Assembly: GCA_045561295.1 (NCBI GenBank)
Contig: JBJKYD010000013.1
Coordinates: forward strand, 1 to 63,617
Source: Gammaproteobacteria bacterium
Lineage (GTDB): Bacteria > Pseudomonadota > Gammaproteobacteria > GCA-002705445 > GCA-002716945
Length of the DNA stretch: 63,617 nucleotides
Direction of reading: 5' to 3'
Under the pieces are notes generated by a model. That model was not told the origin of the DNA. It made no database searches and saw only the letters and a list, made by a program, of their open reading frames with translations. Shown here piece by piece: positions 38,618-49,195 of this stretch; position 1 is the first letter of the stretch; each line of letters starts with the position of its first letter. Position numbers and translations under genes: made by a program.

Positions 38618-41376
38618 TCTCCATCACCATGTACATTATCGAAGCATCGCTCGCATATTGAAGAAGATCCTTCAATTGTTCCTACAGATTCATGATAGTG
38701 CCAACATCTCTCACATTTTTTGTACTTTGATTTTGATATAGAAATAGAGAATTTATTCAAATCATCATCAATTAAATAATTATCTGATTCATCACCCAAG
38801 GTAATATTGCATGAGGATACGATGAAAACAAATTTAAGCTCATCAGATAACTTGCTTAAATCATCATATAAGTGTTTGTTGCATGTAATACTTAATTCAC
38901 ATTCAAGTGATGATCCCACTTCATTTTTATTTCTTGCTTCTTCTATCATTCGAGATACATGAGGTTTGATTGAATAAAGATTATCATACAACTTAACCTT
39001 TTTATCACTCATAGCAACTGATGTATCAAACCATTCTGTTAGGTATATGCTCTCTTTATTATTTGGCATTCTTGAATAAATTTCTTCAGCAGTAAAGGTT
39101 AATATTGGAGCAATCCAAGCATTTAAATAACTTATTAAGATATGACATGTCTTTTGAGCGGAGAGTCTAGGTGCCCCATCTTTTTTAGAGGTATATAGTC
39201 TATCCTTAATGATATCAAGATAATATCCTCCTAACTCTAGAGTACAAAAATTTACAACCTCTTGCATTATTTTATGAAATTTGAACTCTTCATAATCTTT
39301 TAGGATTTGATTATTGAGCTCTTTCGCTTTGTGTATAATCCACTTATCAAGCTCTACCATATCTTCAGAATTTATATCTTGATTATCATAATCACTAATA
39401 TTAGATAATAAAAATTTAGAGGTGTTACGTATTCTCCTATAGGACTCAGAAACACGTTTTATGATTTCATCTGATATTGTCATTTCTTTAGAATAATCTG
39501 TCATAGCAACCCACAACCTTAGGATGTCTGCTCCTTTATCTTTTATAACTTTTTGTGGGGAAATGATATTACCTATAGATTTAGACATTTTTTGACCATC
39601 TTTATCTACTACGAACCCATGCGTAAGGACATTCTTATATGGCGATTTACTATACATCGCATGGGATGTTATAAGTGATGATTGAAACCAACCTCTATGT
39701 TGATCAGAGCCCTCTAAATATAAATCTGCTGTTTGATCAATGCCTCTGCTTTTTAGAACAGTTTCATGTGTCACGCCTGAATCAAACCAGACATCAAGAG
39801 TATCTTTTATCTCTCTATACTCATTTATATTTTTTACTATTGATTCTTTATCAAAATCTAACCATGCTTCTATGTTGCCGTATTTTATAATATCGGCAGC
39901 TTTTTTTAAGATTGAATCTGTATCAGGATGAAGTTCATTGGTATCTTTATGTAAGAATAATGGAATAGGAACACCCCAGTTTCTCTGCCTTGATAAACAC
40001 CAATCTGGTCTACCATCAATCATATTAAATATTCTGTCTTCTCCCCATGAAGGTAACCAGTTTATATCTCTTATATTATTTTTTATAGATTCTCGTAATC
40101 CAGAGTTATCCATGCTCATAAACCACTGAGGAGTTGCTCTAAAAATTAATGGAGTTTTATAACGCCAACAATGCGGATATGAATGTTCATAATCCTCTGA
40201 GAACAATAAGCAATCATTTTTCTTAAGTAATGCGATAATGTCATCATTGCAGTCTCTAATTTTCATCCCACCAAAAATTGGCAAAGCTTCAATGAATCTT
40301 CCATAGTCATCAACAGGATTGTAAACTTCGAGATTATTTTTTATCCCTGCAAGATAATCATCTGTACCATGACCAGGAGCTATGTGTACCGCACCAGTAC
40401 CATTTTCATCGGTTACATGGTCAGCAGTTATGGCAGGAACTGTCAGATCATAAAATGGATGCTGGAGTTCTAAATCTACAAAATCATCATTTTTGAAATC
40501 ATCTAAAATTTCATAATCTGATATACCTGATTTCTCCATGACACGGGCAACTAAACTTTTAGCGATAATAAGATACTTATTTTCAGTTTTAACAACTACA
40601 TAATTTATATTATTACTTAATGCAACTGCTCGGTTAGCAGGTAAGGTCCATGGCGTAGTAGTCCATATAGGTATGAATACGTCAAGTTCATTATTCATGC
40701 TTTTGTATGATGAAAGATTTCTTATATTAAGAATTTTGAAATTAACACAGACTGCTGAGGATATAATATCTTTATACTCCACTTCTGCTTCTGCCAGTGC
40801 AGAGGATGATTCAATACACCAATGAACAGGTTTTGACCCATAATAGATATGATTATTCTCAATCATCTTTGCTAAACTAGATACTATTTCTGACTCTACA
40901 TCTTTATCCATGCTTGAATAGGGATTATCCCAATCACCAAAAATACCAAGTCTAATAAAGTCATCTTTCTGCTTAGTGATTTGTTTTTCAGCAAATGTTC
41001 TGCAAGCACTTATGAAAGCTTTTGGATTATCTCTAAACTTTGATTTCCCATACTTCTTTTCAACTTGTAATTCTATAGGCAAGCCATGACAATCCCATCC
41101 TGGAATAAACGGAACATGAAAACCAGACATAATTTTTGATTTAATTATAAAATCTTTTAGGATTTTATTAACAGCATGACCTATATGTATGTCTCCGTTT
41201 GCATATGGAGGACCATCATGAAGGATATATTTCTTTTTATTTTTTGATTGTTCCAGGTTTTTTTTATAAATGGCATTATCGTGCCACTTTTTTAGTATTT
41301 CAGGTTCCCTATTAGGCAGATTACCTTTCATTGGAAAATCTGTTTTAGGCAGGTTTAGAGTATCTTTATATTCCAT
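38599..41376 (-). CDS. ileS: Isoleucine--tRNA ligase
   Basis: LHDGPPYANG.IHIGH, GWDCHGLPIE, WTTTPWTLP, KMSKS, C-terminal CERCW...CERC. Confidence 0.98.
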   Translation of the reverse strand: MEYKDTLNLPKTDFPMKGNLPNREPEILKKWHDNAIYKKNLEQSKNKKKYILHDGPPYANGDIHIGHAVNKILKDFIIKSKIMSGFHVPFIPGWDCHGLPIELQVEKKYGKSKFRDNPKAFISACRTFAEKQITKQKDDFIRLGIFGDWDNPYSSMDKDVESEIVSSLAKMIENNHIYYGSKPVHWCIESSSALAEAEVEYKDIISSAVCVNFKILNIRNLSSYKSMNNELDVFIPIWTTTPWTLPANRAVALSNNINYVVVKTENKYLIIAKSLVARVMEKSGISDYEILDDFKNDDFVDLELQHPFYDLTVPAITADHVTDENGTGAVHIAPGHGTDDYLAGIKNNLEVYNPVDDYGRFIEALPIFGGMKIRDCNDDIIALLKKNDCLLFSEDYEHSYPHCWRYKTPLIFRATPQWFMSMDNSGLRESIKNNIRDINWLPSWGEDRIFNMIDGRPDWCLSRQRNWGVPIPLFLHKDTNELHPDTDSILKKAADIIKYGNIEAWLDFDKESIVKNINEYREIKDTLDVWFDSGVTHETVLKSRGIDQTADLYLEGSDQHRGWFQSSLITSHAMYSKSPYKNVLTHGFVVDKDGQKMSKSIGNIISPQKVIKDKGADILRLWVAMTDYSKEMTISDEIIKRVSESYRRIRNTSKFLLSNISDYDNQDINSEDMVELDKWIIHKAKELNNQILKDYEEFKFHKIMQEVVNFCTLELGGYYLDIIKDRLYTSKKDGAPRLSAQKTCHILISYLNAWIAPILTFTAEEIYSRMPNNKESIYLTEWFDTSVAMSDKKVKLYDNLYSIKPHVSRMIEEARNKNEVGSSLECELSITCNKHLYDDLSKLSDELKFVFIVSSCNITLGDESDNYLIDDDLNKFSISISKSKYKKCERCWHYHESVGTIEGSSSICERCFDNVHGDGECRTYA

Positions 41377-42283
41377 AATTTTTGCTATTGATTATTGCAT
41401 ATTTATGGTCTTCATTCATTTGTTTAATAAGTTCATCTTGACTATCAAATTTGATTTGCTTCCTTATCAAATCTAAAAAATAAACTTCAACTTCTTTGTT
41501 ATAAATATCTTGATTAAAATCTAAGATAAACACCTCTAGGATTTTCTCTTTACCATTATATGTTGGTTTATTTCCCACAGATGCGAGTCCATAATAAAAA
41601 GTCCCATCAACACATATCTTTGATAAGTACACACCATCAAGAGGATAATCATAATCAAGTGAAATATTAGCAGTAGGGTAGCCAAGCTTTCTACCTAATT
41701 GCTCCCCTGTCGTTACAGTCCCGCGCAACATATATTCTCTTCCTAGGCAGTTTTTAACATCTGAAAATTTACCATCTTTTATTAATTTTCTTACTCTTGT
41801 ACTACTAATATGTTCATTATCATACTTCTCTAGTTCAGGGATAATAAGATGAAAATCACCAGCATTATGATATTCATTAAGTTTATTTATATCACCTTCT
41901 CTTCCTTTCCCAAATTTAAAATTCTTACCTATGATTAAGTATTTTGTTAATAATTTTTTGATGAGTATTTCTTCACAAAAAAAACTTGCTGAAAAATCTT
42001 TTATATCATTAAAATCAATAGACAGAATTGTGTTAATTTCATGTAACTTAATGTAATCAAATTTCTGTTTATTATTATATATTCGCTGAAAATGACTTTG
42101 TTTGAAAATTTCCTCGGGTAACATATCAAACGTGAAAATTACAGACTCTAAACTCTCTGTATGAGAGATTTCTTGAGTTTTTTTAATCAAGGACTGATGG
42201 CCTTTATGGATACCATCAAAGTTACCTATAGTAACAACCTTGGGTTTATCTGAAATGTTATCAATTTTCTCAATTATATTCAT
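41366..42283 (-). CDS. ribF: Riboflavin kinase / FAD synthetase
   Basis: IGNFDGIHKGH, ISSTRVR, GRKLGYPTAN, G.KPT. Confidence 0.95.
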   Translation of the reverse strand: MNIIEKIDNISDKPKVVTIGNFDGIHKGHQSLIKKTQEISHTESLESVIFTFDMLPEEIFKQSHFQRIYNNKQKFDYIKLHEINTILSIDFNDIKDFSASFFCEEILIKKLLTKYLIIGKNFKFGKGREGDINKLNEYHNAGDFHLIIPELEKYDNEHISSTRVRKLIKDGKFSDVKNCLGREYMLRGTVTTGEQLGRKLGYPTANISLDYDYPLDGVYLSKICVDGTFYYGLASVGNKPTYNGKEKILEVFILDFNQDIYNKEVEVYFLDLIRKQIKFDSQDELIKQMNEDHKYAIINSKNYGI

Positions 42284-43851
42284 ATCTTATAATTTTTAAT
42301 TCTGACACCTAAGAGAGCTAGAGAAATAAAGTAAATTATAGCTCCTACCAATATATTTGTAATTAAGTAACTTGCCCGCTCATATATGCTTGTATCATAA
42401 TCAAACGGCAGAATATTGCCATAAAAGAATAAAACCAAGAACATGAATGAAGTAGCAAAAATAATCTTAAATGAGGACTGATTAAAAAATAAATTTTCTC
42501 TTATTATGCCTATAGATCTGAGTTTATAATTCATTAATAAAACCTGTACCCATGCTGATAAGGATGTAGCTAAAGCAATCAGCGCATGGGCACCCTCAAA
42601 AGGTGATTTAAGATAAAAATATAAAACTGCCAGATTAAACATAATGTTAATGGATATACCTACAAGGGAATATATGACCGGGGTTTTTGTATCCTGTCTT
42701 GAATAAAACGCTGTTACTAATATTTTTAAAAATATGAATGCTGGGAGACCAAGACTGTAAGTTATTAAACTTAGTACTGTCATATTTACATCTAATAGAT
42801 CAAAATTACCATACATGAACAATGTAGATATAATAGAGCTAGAGAGGATGATTAACCCAGCCATTGAAGGTATAGCAATTAACATGGAAAGCTTGATTGA
42901 TTTAGATAATGTTGATGAATAAAGCCCCGACTCCTTTTTTTGAAAGTGTTCAGATAAAACTGGTAGCATGACGATAGAAATGGCAATACCAAATACTGCT
43001 AAGGGCAATTCTATTAATCTATCTGAAAAATATAACCAACTAATACTACCGGTAACTAACAAAGAAGCAACAATTGTATCAATCAATAAATTAATTTGAA
43101 CAGCAGCTGTGCCTATGATTGCAGGCCCCATGAGTTTAATCACTTTAATTGAACCATGATTTTTGAAATTGATTTTAGGTAATTTGAGAAATCCTAATTT
43201 ATACATTAATGGCAGCTGTATCAGCAACTGAACAACACCAGCTACTAGCACACCATATGATAATGAAATAACTGGGATAACAAAAAGTGATGATGAGAAA
43301 ATTGTAAAAACTACTAGGCTCAAATTTAAGAAAACAGGTGTGATCCCAGATAGAATAAAACGGTCGTATGAATTGAATATGCCGGCACACATCGCAGTTA
43401 AAGAAATAAATAATAAATATGGAAATGTAACGAATAGCATTTCTGATGTTAGGCTGAGTTTGGCATTGTCATCAGCAAATCCTGGCGCGAATATATAGGT
43501 AAGCTCAGTAGAAAAATACATACCAAGTAAAGTAATAACTAATAAAACAACAAATAGATTTCCTAAAATATTTTGAATAAATTCAGATAATAAATGGCTT
43601 TTATTAAGACGATACTCTTGTAATACAGGCACAAAAGCCTGAGAGAACGCACCCTCAGCAAATAGTCTTCTAAAAAAGTTAGGGATCTTGAAAGCAACAA
43701 AAAAAGCATCAGTACTCGACGATGCACCAAAATAGTTTGCAAAAAGAATATCCCTTACAAAACCACTTATTCTTGATATTAAAGTAGTTATGCCAAAATG
43801 GCTTGAAGATTTAATAATTGATCTTGATTCTGTATCTGATTCTTTTGTCAT
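42280..43851 (-). CDS. murJ: Lipid II flippase MurJ (MviN)
   Basis: SRISGFVRD, AFKIPNFFRRLFAEGAFSQAFVP, DRLIELP, FYSRQDTKTP. Confidence 0.95.
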   Translation of the reverse strand: MTKESDTESRSIIKSSSHFGITTLISRISGFVRDILFANYFGASSSTDAFFVAFKIPNFFRRLFAEGAFSQAFVPVLQEYRLNKSHLLSEFIQNILGNLFVVLLVITLLGMYFSTELTYIFAPGFADDNAKLSLTSEMLFVTFPYLLFISLTAMCAGIFNSYDRFILSGITPVFLNLSLVVFTIFSSSLFVIPVISLSYGVLVAGVVQLLIQLPLMYKLGFLKLPKINFKNHGSIKVIKLMGPAIIGTAAVQINLLIDTIVASLLVTGSISWLYFSDRLIELPLAVFGIAISIVMLPVLSEHFQKKESGLYSSTLSKSIKLSMLIAIPSMAGLIILSSSIISTLFMYGNFDLLDVNMTVLSLITYSLGLPAFIFLKILVTAFYSRQDTKTPVIYSLVGISINIMFNLAVLYFYLKSPFEGAHALIALATSLSAWVQVLLMNYKLRSIGIIRENLFFNQSSFKIIFATSFMFLVLFFYGNILPFDYDTSIYERASYLITNILVGAIIYFISLALLGVRIKNYKI

Positions 43852-43866
43852 ATAGAGTGTATTATA

Positions 43867-43895
43867 TTGACACTAGCCCACTTGACTGAGATAAT
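43867..43895 (+). promoter_or_regulatory. Sigma70 promoter of rpsT
   Basis: TTGACA-17 bp-GATAAT. Confidence 0.7.
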
Positions 43896-43931
43896 CTTCA
43901 CTTATTTTACCTATTATTGGAGAAAATTACA

Positions 43932-44192
43932 TTGGCAAATACAGCACAAGCTAGAAAAAGAGTAAGACAAGCTGCTAAGGCAAGAGTAAGTAATGCTGCT
44001 AAAAAATCTGAATTCAGAACAAGTATTAAAAAAGTGCTTGGTTCAATTTCTGACAAAAACGCAGAACAGTCTAAAAAAGACTATATTACTGCAGTATCAT
44101 GCATTGATAAGCTAGCTGCAAAAGGGCTTATTCATAAAAATAAAGCTGCAAGACACAAATCAAGATTGAACAGTAAGATTAAATCTCTATAA
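43932..44192 (+). CDS. rpsT: 30S ribosomal protein S20
   Basis: AN..QARKR.RQ, KGLIHKNKAARHKSRL; TTG start 43932 after SD GGAG. Confidence 0.95.
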   Translation: MANTAQARKRVRQAAKARVSNAAKKSEFRTSIKKVLGSISDKNAEQSKKDYITAVSCIDKLAAKGLIHKNKAARHKSRLNSKIKSL

Positions 44193-45285
44193 CAATTAAA
44201 TTATCAGCGTGAATCACTTCCTTAGTGAATTTATTTCCATGCTTTGAAATTATATTTTCAGTAGATTTTCCTTTCAGAAGAACTATATCCTCTGATCCAT
44301 AATTTGTAATACCTTTTGCAATACATACATTTTTTTCATTCATGCAATTAATTACATCACCTTTTTCAAAACTATTTATAACATTTTTAATACCAACAAA
44401 AAGTAGACTATTATTTTGGTTCAAAGCTTTACAAGCACCCTCATCGATTATTATGGCTCCTTGATTCTCTGTCGTATCGAGCCATTGTTTTTTAGAACTT
44501 ACTTTTTTCAATTCTGGTATAAAAAGTGTTCCATAACTTTTATTAAAAATATTAGTTAATATAGTATCATCATGACCACTCGCTATTACTGTGTATGTAC
44601 CCGATAGTGCGGCCCTTCTCACAGCTTGAATCTTAGTTGCAAAACCACCAGTACCAATATTACTTTGTGTGCTAAAGTCAGCATCATATTTTCTTAGGTC
44701 AGAAACATTTATTGAATTAATAAGTTTTGCATCTTTGAAACAATCAGGATTTTTATCATACATTCCTTGCTGATCCGTAAGAATAAGAAGTAAGTCAGCA
44801 CCTATAAGATTTGCAATCATAGATGATAAATTATCATTATCACCAAGTTTAATTTCTTCTGTAGATACGACATCATTTTCATTAATAATTGGTATTATTT
44901 TGTTAGATAGTAGTTCTTCTATAGTGCCTTTGATATTCAAATATCTAACACGATCATTTATGTCATTATGAGTGATTAGTAACTGAGCTATATGATTATT
45001 GTTTTGTGAAAATATTCTTTCGTATCCTAACATTAGCTTTTGTTGTCCAATGGCAGCTAGAGCTTGTAGCTTTTTGATATCTCTTGGTCTGTCAGTGATA
45101 CTAAGAATAGACATACCCTGACTGATTGCACCTGATGTGACTATGATAATTTCTTTCCCTTCATTTACGAACTTGCTTATTTCATCACAAATATTAGACA
45201 AATAATCCTTTCCATCATCATTATTAATGATAGAGCTACCTATTTTGATAACTATTTTATTAGACTTCTTTAATTCTATTTTCAT
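44179..45285 (-). CDS. proB: Glutamate 5-kinase
   Basis: VIKIGSS, VTSGAI, IINEND, GDND.L, GTGG..TK, C-terminal PUA domain. Confidence 0.95.
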   Translation of the reverse strand: MKIELKKSNKIVIKIGSSIINNDDGKDYLSNICDEISKFVNEGKEIIIVTSGAISQGMSILSITDRPRDIKKLQALAAIGQQKLMLGYERIFSQNNNHIAQLLITHNDINDRVRYLNIKGTIEELLSNKIIPIINENDVVSTEEIKLGDNDNLSSMIANLIGADLLLILTDQQGMYDKNPDCFKDAKLINSINVSDLRKYDADFSTQSNIGTGGFATKIQAVRRAALSGTYTVIASGHDDTILTNIFNKSYGTLFIPELKKVSSKKQWLDTTENQGAIIIDEGACKALNQNNSLLFVGIKNVINSFEKGDVINCMNEKNVCIAKGITNYGSEDIVLLKGKSTENIISKHGNKFTKEVIHADNLIVIEI

Positions 45286-46276
45286 ATTTTAAAAACTCAT
45301 ATATTTCATTAGTAAGTTCTTTTATACCAGTTTTATTAATTGTCGATATAAAGTAAACATTAAGTTTTGTTTTATCGAAACATTTTTTGAGATCGTCAAT
45401 ATCTTTCTCTTCAAGCATATCGATTTTATTTATTACAATCCATTTATCCTTTTTGAGGAGAGATTCATCATAGCTATTTAATTCAAGTTTAATTTTATCT
45501 ACCTCCTCAATAATATCTTCATATGATTTACCTGAGCAGTCTATAATGTTCAAAAGCATTTTTGTTCGACTGATATGTTTTAAAAATCTTATGCCCAAAC
45601 CTACACCTTTGGACGCGCCCTCAATAATTCCCGGTATATCTGCAACTACGAACTTCTCATAGTCTGAATAGAGAACCACCCCTAAGTTTGGCGTGAGTGT
45701 TGTAAATTCATAGTCAGCTACTTTTGGCCTAGCCATACTTACGGCTTGAAGAAAAGAACTTTTACCTGCATTTGGTAATCCTACTAATCCAACATCTGCC
45801 AAGACTTTAAGAATAATTCTTATTTCCTTGTATTCGCCTTCTTTGCCATTAGTTTTTTTTCTAGGAGCTCTATTTGTTGATGTTTTAAAGCGAACATTTC
45901 CATAGCCGTGTTCTCCTCCTTCAACAATTGTGAATGATTTACTCTCGTCATCAAGATCAAATAGTTCCTCGTCGGTTTCATTATCATAAATCACACAACC
46001 TAAAGGTAAGTTGATAACTAGGTCCTCACCATTCCTTCCATGCTTATTTTTACTTCCGCCAGATTTTCCATTTTCAGCTTTAAATAAACTCTTGTTTTTA
46101 AAATCAGCTAGAGTATTCAAGCTGTCAGTTCCTTTTATGATTATAGAGCCTCCATCCCCACCATCTCCTCCGTCGGGACCTCCAAAAGGAATATATTTTT
46201 CTCTTCTGAAGCTTAAGCAGCCTGAACCACCATTGCCCGCTCTAACTGTAATTACAGTCTCATCAATGAATTTCAT
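45260..46276 (-). CDS. obgE: GTPase ObgE/CgtA
   Basis: MKFIDE, GGPDGGDGG, GLPNAGKS, FTTL.P, DIPG, NKID. Confidence 0.97.
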   Translation of the reverse strand: MKFIDETVITVRAGNGGSGCLSFRREKYIPFGGPDGGDGGDGGSIIIKGTDSLNTLADFKNKSLFKAENGKSGGSKNKHGRNGEDLVINLPLGCVIYDNETDEELFDLDDESKSFTIVEGGEHGYGNVRFKTSTNRAPRKKTNGKEGEYKEIRIILKVLADVGLVGLPNAGKSSFLQAVSMARPKVADYEFTTLTPNLGVVLYSDYEKFVVADIPGIIEGASKGVGLGIRFLKHISRTKMLLNIIDCSGKSYEDIIEEVDKIKLELNSYDESLLKKDKWIVINKIDMLEEKDIDDLKKCFDKTKLNVYFISTINKTGIKELTNEIYEFLKYENRIKEV

Positions 46277-46291
46277 GATTAATAGGTTGTT

Positions 46292-46555
46292 TTAGTGTTT
46301 AGTTGGAAGGACACTAACAAATTTATGTTTATTAGGACCTTTTTTATGAAAGTGGACATATCCATCACTTGTTGCAAAGAGCGTATGATCTCTTCCACAA
46401 CCGACATTATCGCCAGCTTTTACAGGTGTTCCTCTTTGTCTTAAAATGATATTGCCAGCATGTACAAATTCGCTACCATATTTTTTGACACCAAGTCGCT
46501 TAGACTCAGAATCTCTTCCATTTTTAGTACTACCACCTGCTTTCTTATGTGCCAT
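46292..46555 (-). CDS. rpmA: 50S ribosomal protein L27
   Basis: [22 protein letters not shown]. Confidence 0.98.
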   Translation of the reverse strand: MAHKKAGGSTKNGRDSESKRLGVKKYGSEFVHAGNIILRQRGTPVKAGDNVGCGRDHTLFATSDGYVHFHKKGPNKHKFVSVLPTKH

Positions 46556-46556
46556 T

Positions 46557-46865
46557 TTATTTAATCGACTCTATTTTTATTTCTGAAAACCCTTGTTTGT
46601 GACCTTGTGTTCTCATGTAATGTTTTCTTCTTTTAAATTTTACTATTCTAATTTTAGGATATCTACCATGTTTTTGAATAGTTGCTTTGATTTTTAATGA
46701 TTTAAGAGCTTTTTTTTCAATAACAGACTCTTTATCATCAAATGCCATGATTATCTTATCGAGTTCAATTTTGCTACCCTCAGGTTTCGAAATTTGATCA
46801 ACACGTATTACGTCACCTTCTGTAACGTTATATTGATGTCCACCTTGTTTGATAATTGCGTTCAT
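46557..46865 (-). CDS. rplU: 50S ribosomal protein L21
   Basis: [15 protein letters not shown]....GH.Q. Confidence 0.95.
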   Translation of the reverse strand: MNAIIKQGGHQYNVTEGDVIRVDQISKPEGSKIELDKIIMAFDDKESVIEKKALKSLKIKATIQKHGRYPKIRIVKFKRRKHYMRTQGHKQGFSEIKIESIK

Positions 46866-46961
46866 ATTGCTTTAAGTTGTGTGATTCTACCCTGATTTTT
46901 TTAAATAATAAACCATTTTATCGGTATTTAGCCCATCTAAATATGATATATTTTTGTCACT

Positions 46962-47921
46962 ATGCAAGATTTGAAGCAAATTAGTAAACCTTTACATTCT
47001 GATCTAGAAAGGTTGAATAACTTTTTAAAAAAAGCAACTAGCACGGATGTCTCATTAATTAATAACCTGTCTAGCCACATGATAGAAAGTGGAGGTAAAA
47101 GGATTAGACCAATTATCCTAATGCTATTTTCAAGACTATTTAAAAATGAAAAAAATGTAATTGAAGCTGGAGCAATTTTAGAATTAATTCATGCAGCAAC
47201 ATTACTACATGATGACGTCGTGGATCAGTCAGATATTAGACATAATATTAAAACTGCAAATAAGTTATGGGGGGATGACAGCGCTGTTCTAGTTGGAGAC
47301 TTTCTATATTCACGTGCTTTCGAATTGATTGTAGATATTAATAAAGAAAAAGTTTACAAAATTCTTGCTGAGACTACTAATCAAATTTCACAAGGTGAGG
47401 TGATACAGCTCATGGTGAAAGATAAAATCATTGATGATACTGATAAATATTTAAATATTATTTATCTTAAAACTGGAAAATTATTCGAAGCATCAGCAGC
47501 GGTTGCGTCAGAGCTTGCTGGAGGCAAGTGTATTGAAAATGCTAAATCATTTGGTAAGAACTTTGGTATAGCATACCAACTAAGAAATGATTATCTTGAT
47601 TATTTTGGAGATGAATCAGAGACTGGAAAAAATATTATTGAAGACTTGTCTGAAGGTAAGTCAACTTTACCGTTAATCCATAGTTATCTCAATTCAAATA
47701 GTGAGGACAAAACAATGCTACTTGAAATCTTTGAAGGAAAAATACTTACAAAGTCTGATGTCTTGCTTGAGATTTTTAAAAGAAATAATTCTGATGTATA
47801 TACTCAAAATAAAATTAAAGAGTATTCTGACGCTGCTATAGAGTCATTGCACATGTTATCTGGTGACAGCAAACAAAGCCTGATAGATTTGACTCAGTTT
47901 TGTTCACAAAGATTTAAGTAG
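46962..47921 (+). CDS. ispB: Octaprenyl/polyprenyl diphosphate synthase
   Basis: GGKRIRP, ATLLHDDVVD, VLVGDFLYSRAF, KTG.LF, EGK.TLP; divergent from rplU. Confidence 0.9.
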   Translation: MQDLKQISKPLHSDLERLNNFLKKATSTDVSLINNLSSHMIESGGKRIRPIILMLFSRLFKNEKNVIEAGAILELIHAATLLHDDVVDQSDIRHNIKTANKLWGDDSAVLVGDFLYSRAFELIVDINKEKVYKILAETTNQISQGEVIQLMVKDKIIDDTDKYLNIIYLKTGKLFEASAAVASELAGGKCIENAKSFGKNFGIAYQLRNDYLDYFGDESETGKNIIEDLSEGKSTLPLIHSYLNSNSEDKTMLLEIFEGKILTKSDVLLEIFKRNNSDVYTQNKIKEYSDAAIESLHMLSGDSKQSLIDLTQFCSQRFK

Positions 47922-49023
47922 AAGGGAACGGATATTTCCCTTTAATTATCTCTGTAAGAGTTTTTCCTTCTGAATAGCCATTCATAAATTTCTTTCCAAA
48001 AAATAATTTTAACATCCAATAGCTCATTCTTTGTTTTTTATAAAGTATCTTTGAAGCCTTATTGTAAAGAGCTAGTTCTTTTTTCATGCCCATTAGGAAT
48101 TTTAAGTACTCTTTGTAAACTTCCTTGGGATTATTTGCTCCAACAATTGAATTAGCAATATACTTTCCAGAAATAACCGCATTATATATTCCTTCACCTA
48201 ATAGCGTTTCAGCAAGACCAGCTGCATCACCTATTAAATATGTTCTTTCTGATGTTGGAATATATTCATTCCCCTCTGTCCCTATAGGAAAGCCAGTTAT
48301 ATGCGTTATTTCGTCTGTATCAAGTTCATCTTTTACAAAACTAAATAAGTCTTTTTTTTTGGGCTTTGGCTGAGCTGAGTTGTATACAAGGTTACCTATA
48401 CCTACATTATAATGATCCTTCTTGGGAAAGATCCATCCATATCCCAGTTCATTAAAAACAAACTTAGTAGGGACATTCCTAGATGAAAGTTTACGATCTA
48501 CAAGTCCCTCAAAGGCAAATACAGGATTTTTAAACTTCAAATCAGTTGTTAATCTTCTCACTGAACTATTAGCTCCATCTGCTCCAATGAGGAACTTACA
48601 TTTAATCTTGTAATCAGAAGTTTCTACAATAACCTCATCAGGAGCATCATTTATATCTATAACTTTACCTTTCATTAATTTGACGCCTTTATTTTTTACA
48701 TAATTAAGAAAAAAATTGTCAAATTCTTCTCTTACTACCATCTTGCAAGCACCTGATTCATTATTTAAATCAACTGTTTTGCCATTAGTAAACTTAAATA
48801 GCATTTTCTCAGAATCATGTTGTTTGAGATCAGTTATTTCGAAGGGGAGTTCCTCAACAGTTTTTGGTGTAAGTCCACCCGCACATGGTTTATGTCTAGG
48901 AAAATCATATTTATCCAATAGAGTCACATTTCTTCCTGAATCTTTTAAGATGTTTGCTGCCATGCAACCAGAAGGACCAGCCCCTACTATTAAAATATCT
49001 GTATGTTTAATTATTTTATCCAT
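47914..49023 (-). CDS. Geranylgeranyl reductase-family FAD oxidoreductase
   Basis: IVGAGPSG, FPR.KPCAGG, GADGANS, GYGWIFPK, IGDAAG.....GEGI..A..SG. Confidence 0.85.
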   Translation of the reverse strand: MDKIIKHTDILIVGAGPSGCMAANILKDSGRNVTLLDKYDFPRHKPCAGGLTPKTVEELPFEITDLKQHDSEKMLFKFTNGKTVDLNNESGACKMVVREEFDNFFLNYVKNKGVKLMKGKVIDINDAPDEVIVETSDYKIKCKFLIGADGANSSVRRLTTDLKFKNPVFAFEGLVDRKLSSRNVPTKFVFNELGYGWIFPKKDHYNVGIGNLVYNSAQPKPKKKDLFSFVKDELDTDEITHITGFPIGTEGNEYIPTSERTYLIGDAAGLAETLLGEGIYNAVISGKYIANSIVGANNPKEVYKEYLKFLMGMKKELALYNKASKILYKKQRMSYWMLKLFFGKKFMNGYSEGKTLTEIIKGKYPFPST

Positions 49024-49054
49024 TAATTAGTGCAAATTGTCCTAAAATGATGCA
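49018..49054. promoter_or_regulatory. Tandem NtrC-like binding sites
   Basis: ATCCATTAATTAGTGCA (49018-49034) and TGTCCTAAAATGATGCA (49038-49054) resemble TGCACCA-N3-TGGTGCA; 20 bp apart and ~100 bp upstream of a sigma54 promoter. Confidence 0.55.
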
Positions 49055-49148
49055 TATAAAAATATAAGTTATGCTTTATATCTAATTAAAGTAATGCAGA
49101 AACCCCTATTTTACAAACTTTTTATATAATCATCATAAAGCACTATTT

Positions 49149-49164
49149 TGGCACAATTATTGCA
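49149..49164 (+). promoter_or_regulatory. Sigma54 (-24/-12) promoter of amtB
   Basis: TGGCAC-AATTA-TTGCA, exact consensus spacing. Confidence 0.85.
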
Positions 49165-49195
49165 CTTATTTAGGTAATGAATGAGGAAATATACA

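Noticed and set aside
48352-48360. T9 homopolymer in the geranylgeranyl reductase-family gene as a phase-variation tract
   Set aside because: Frame is intact (Lys run) and such runs are expected in AT-rich DNA.
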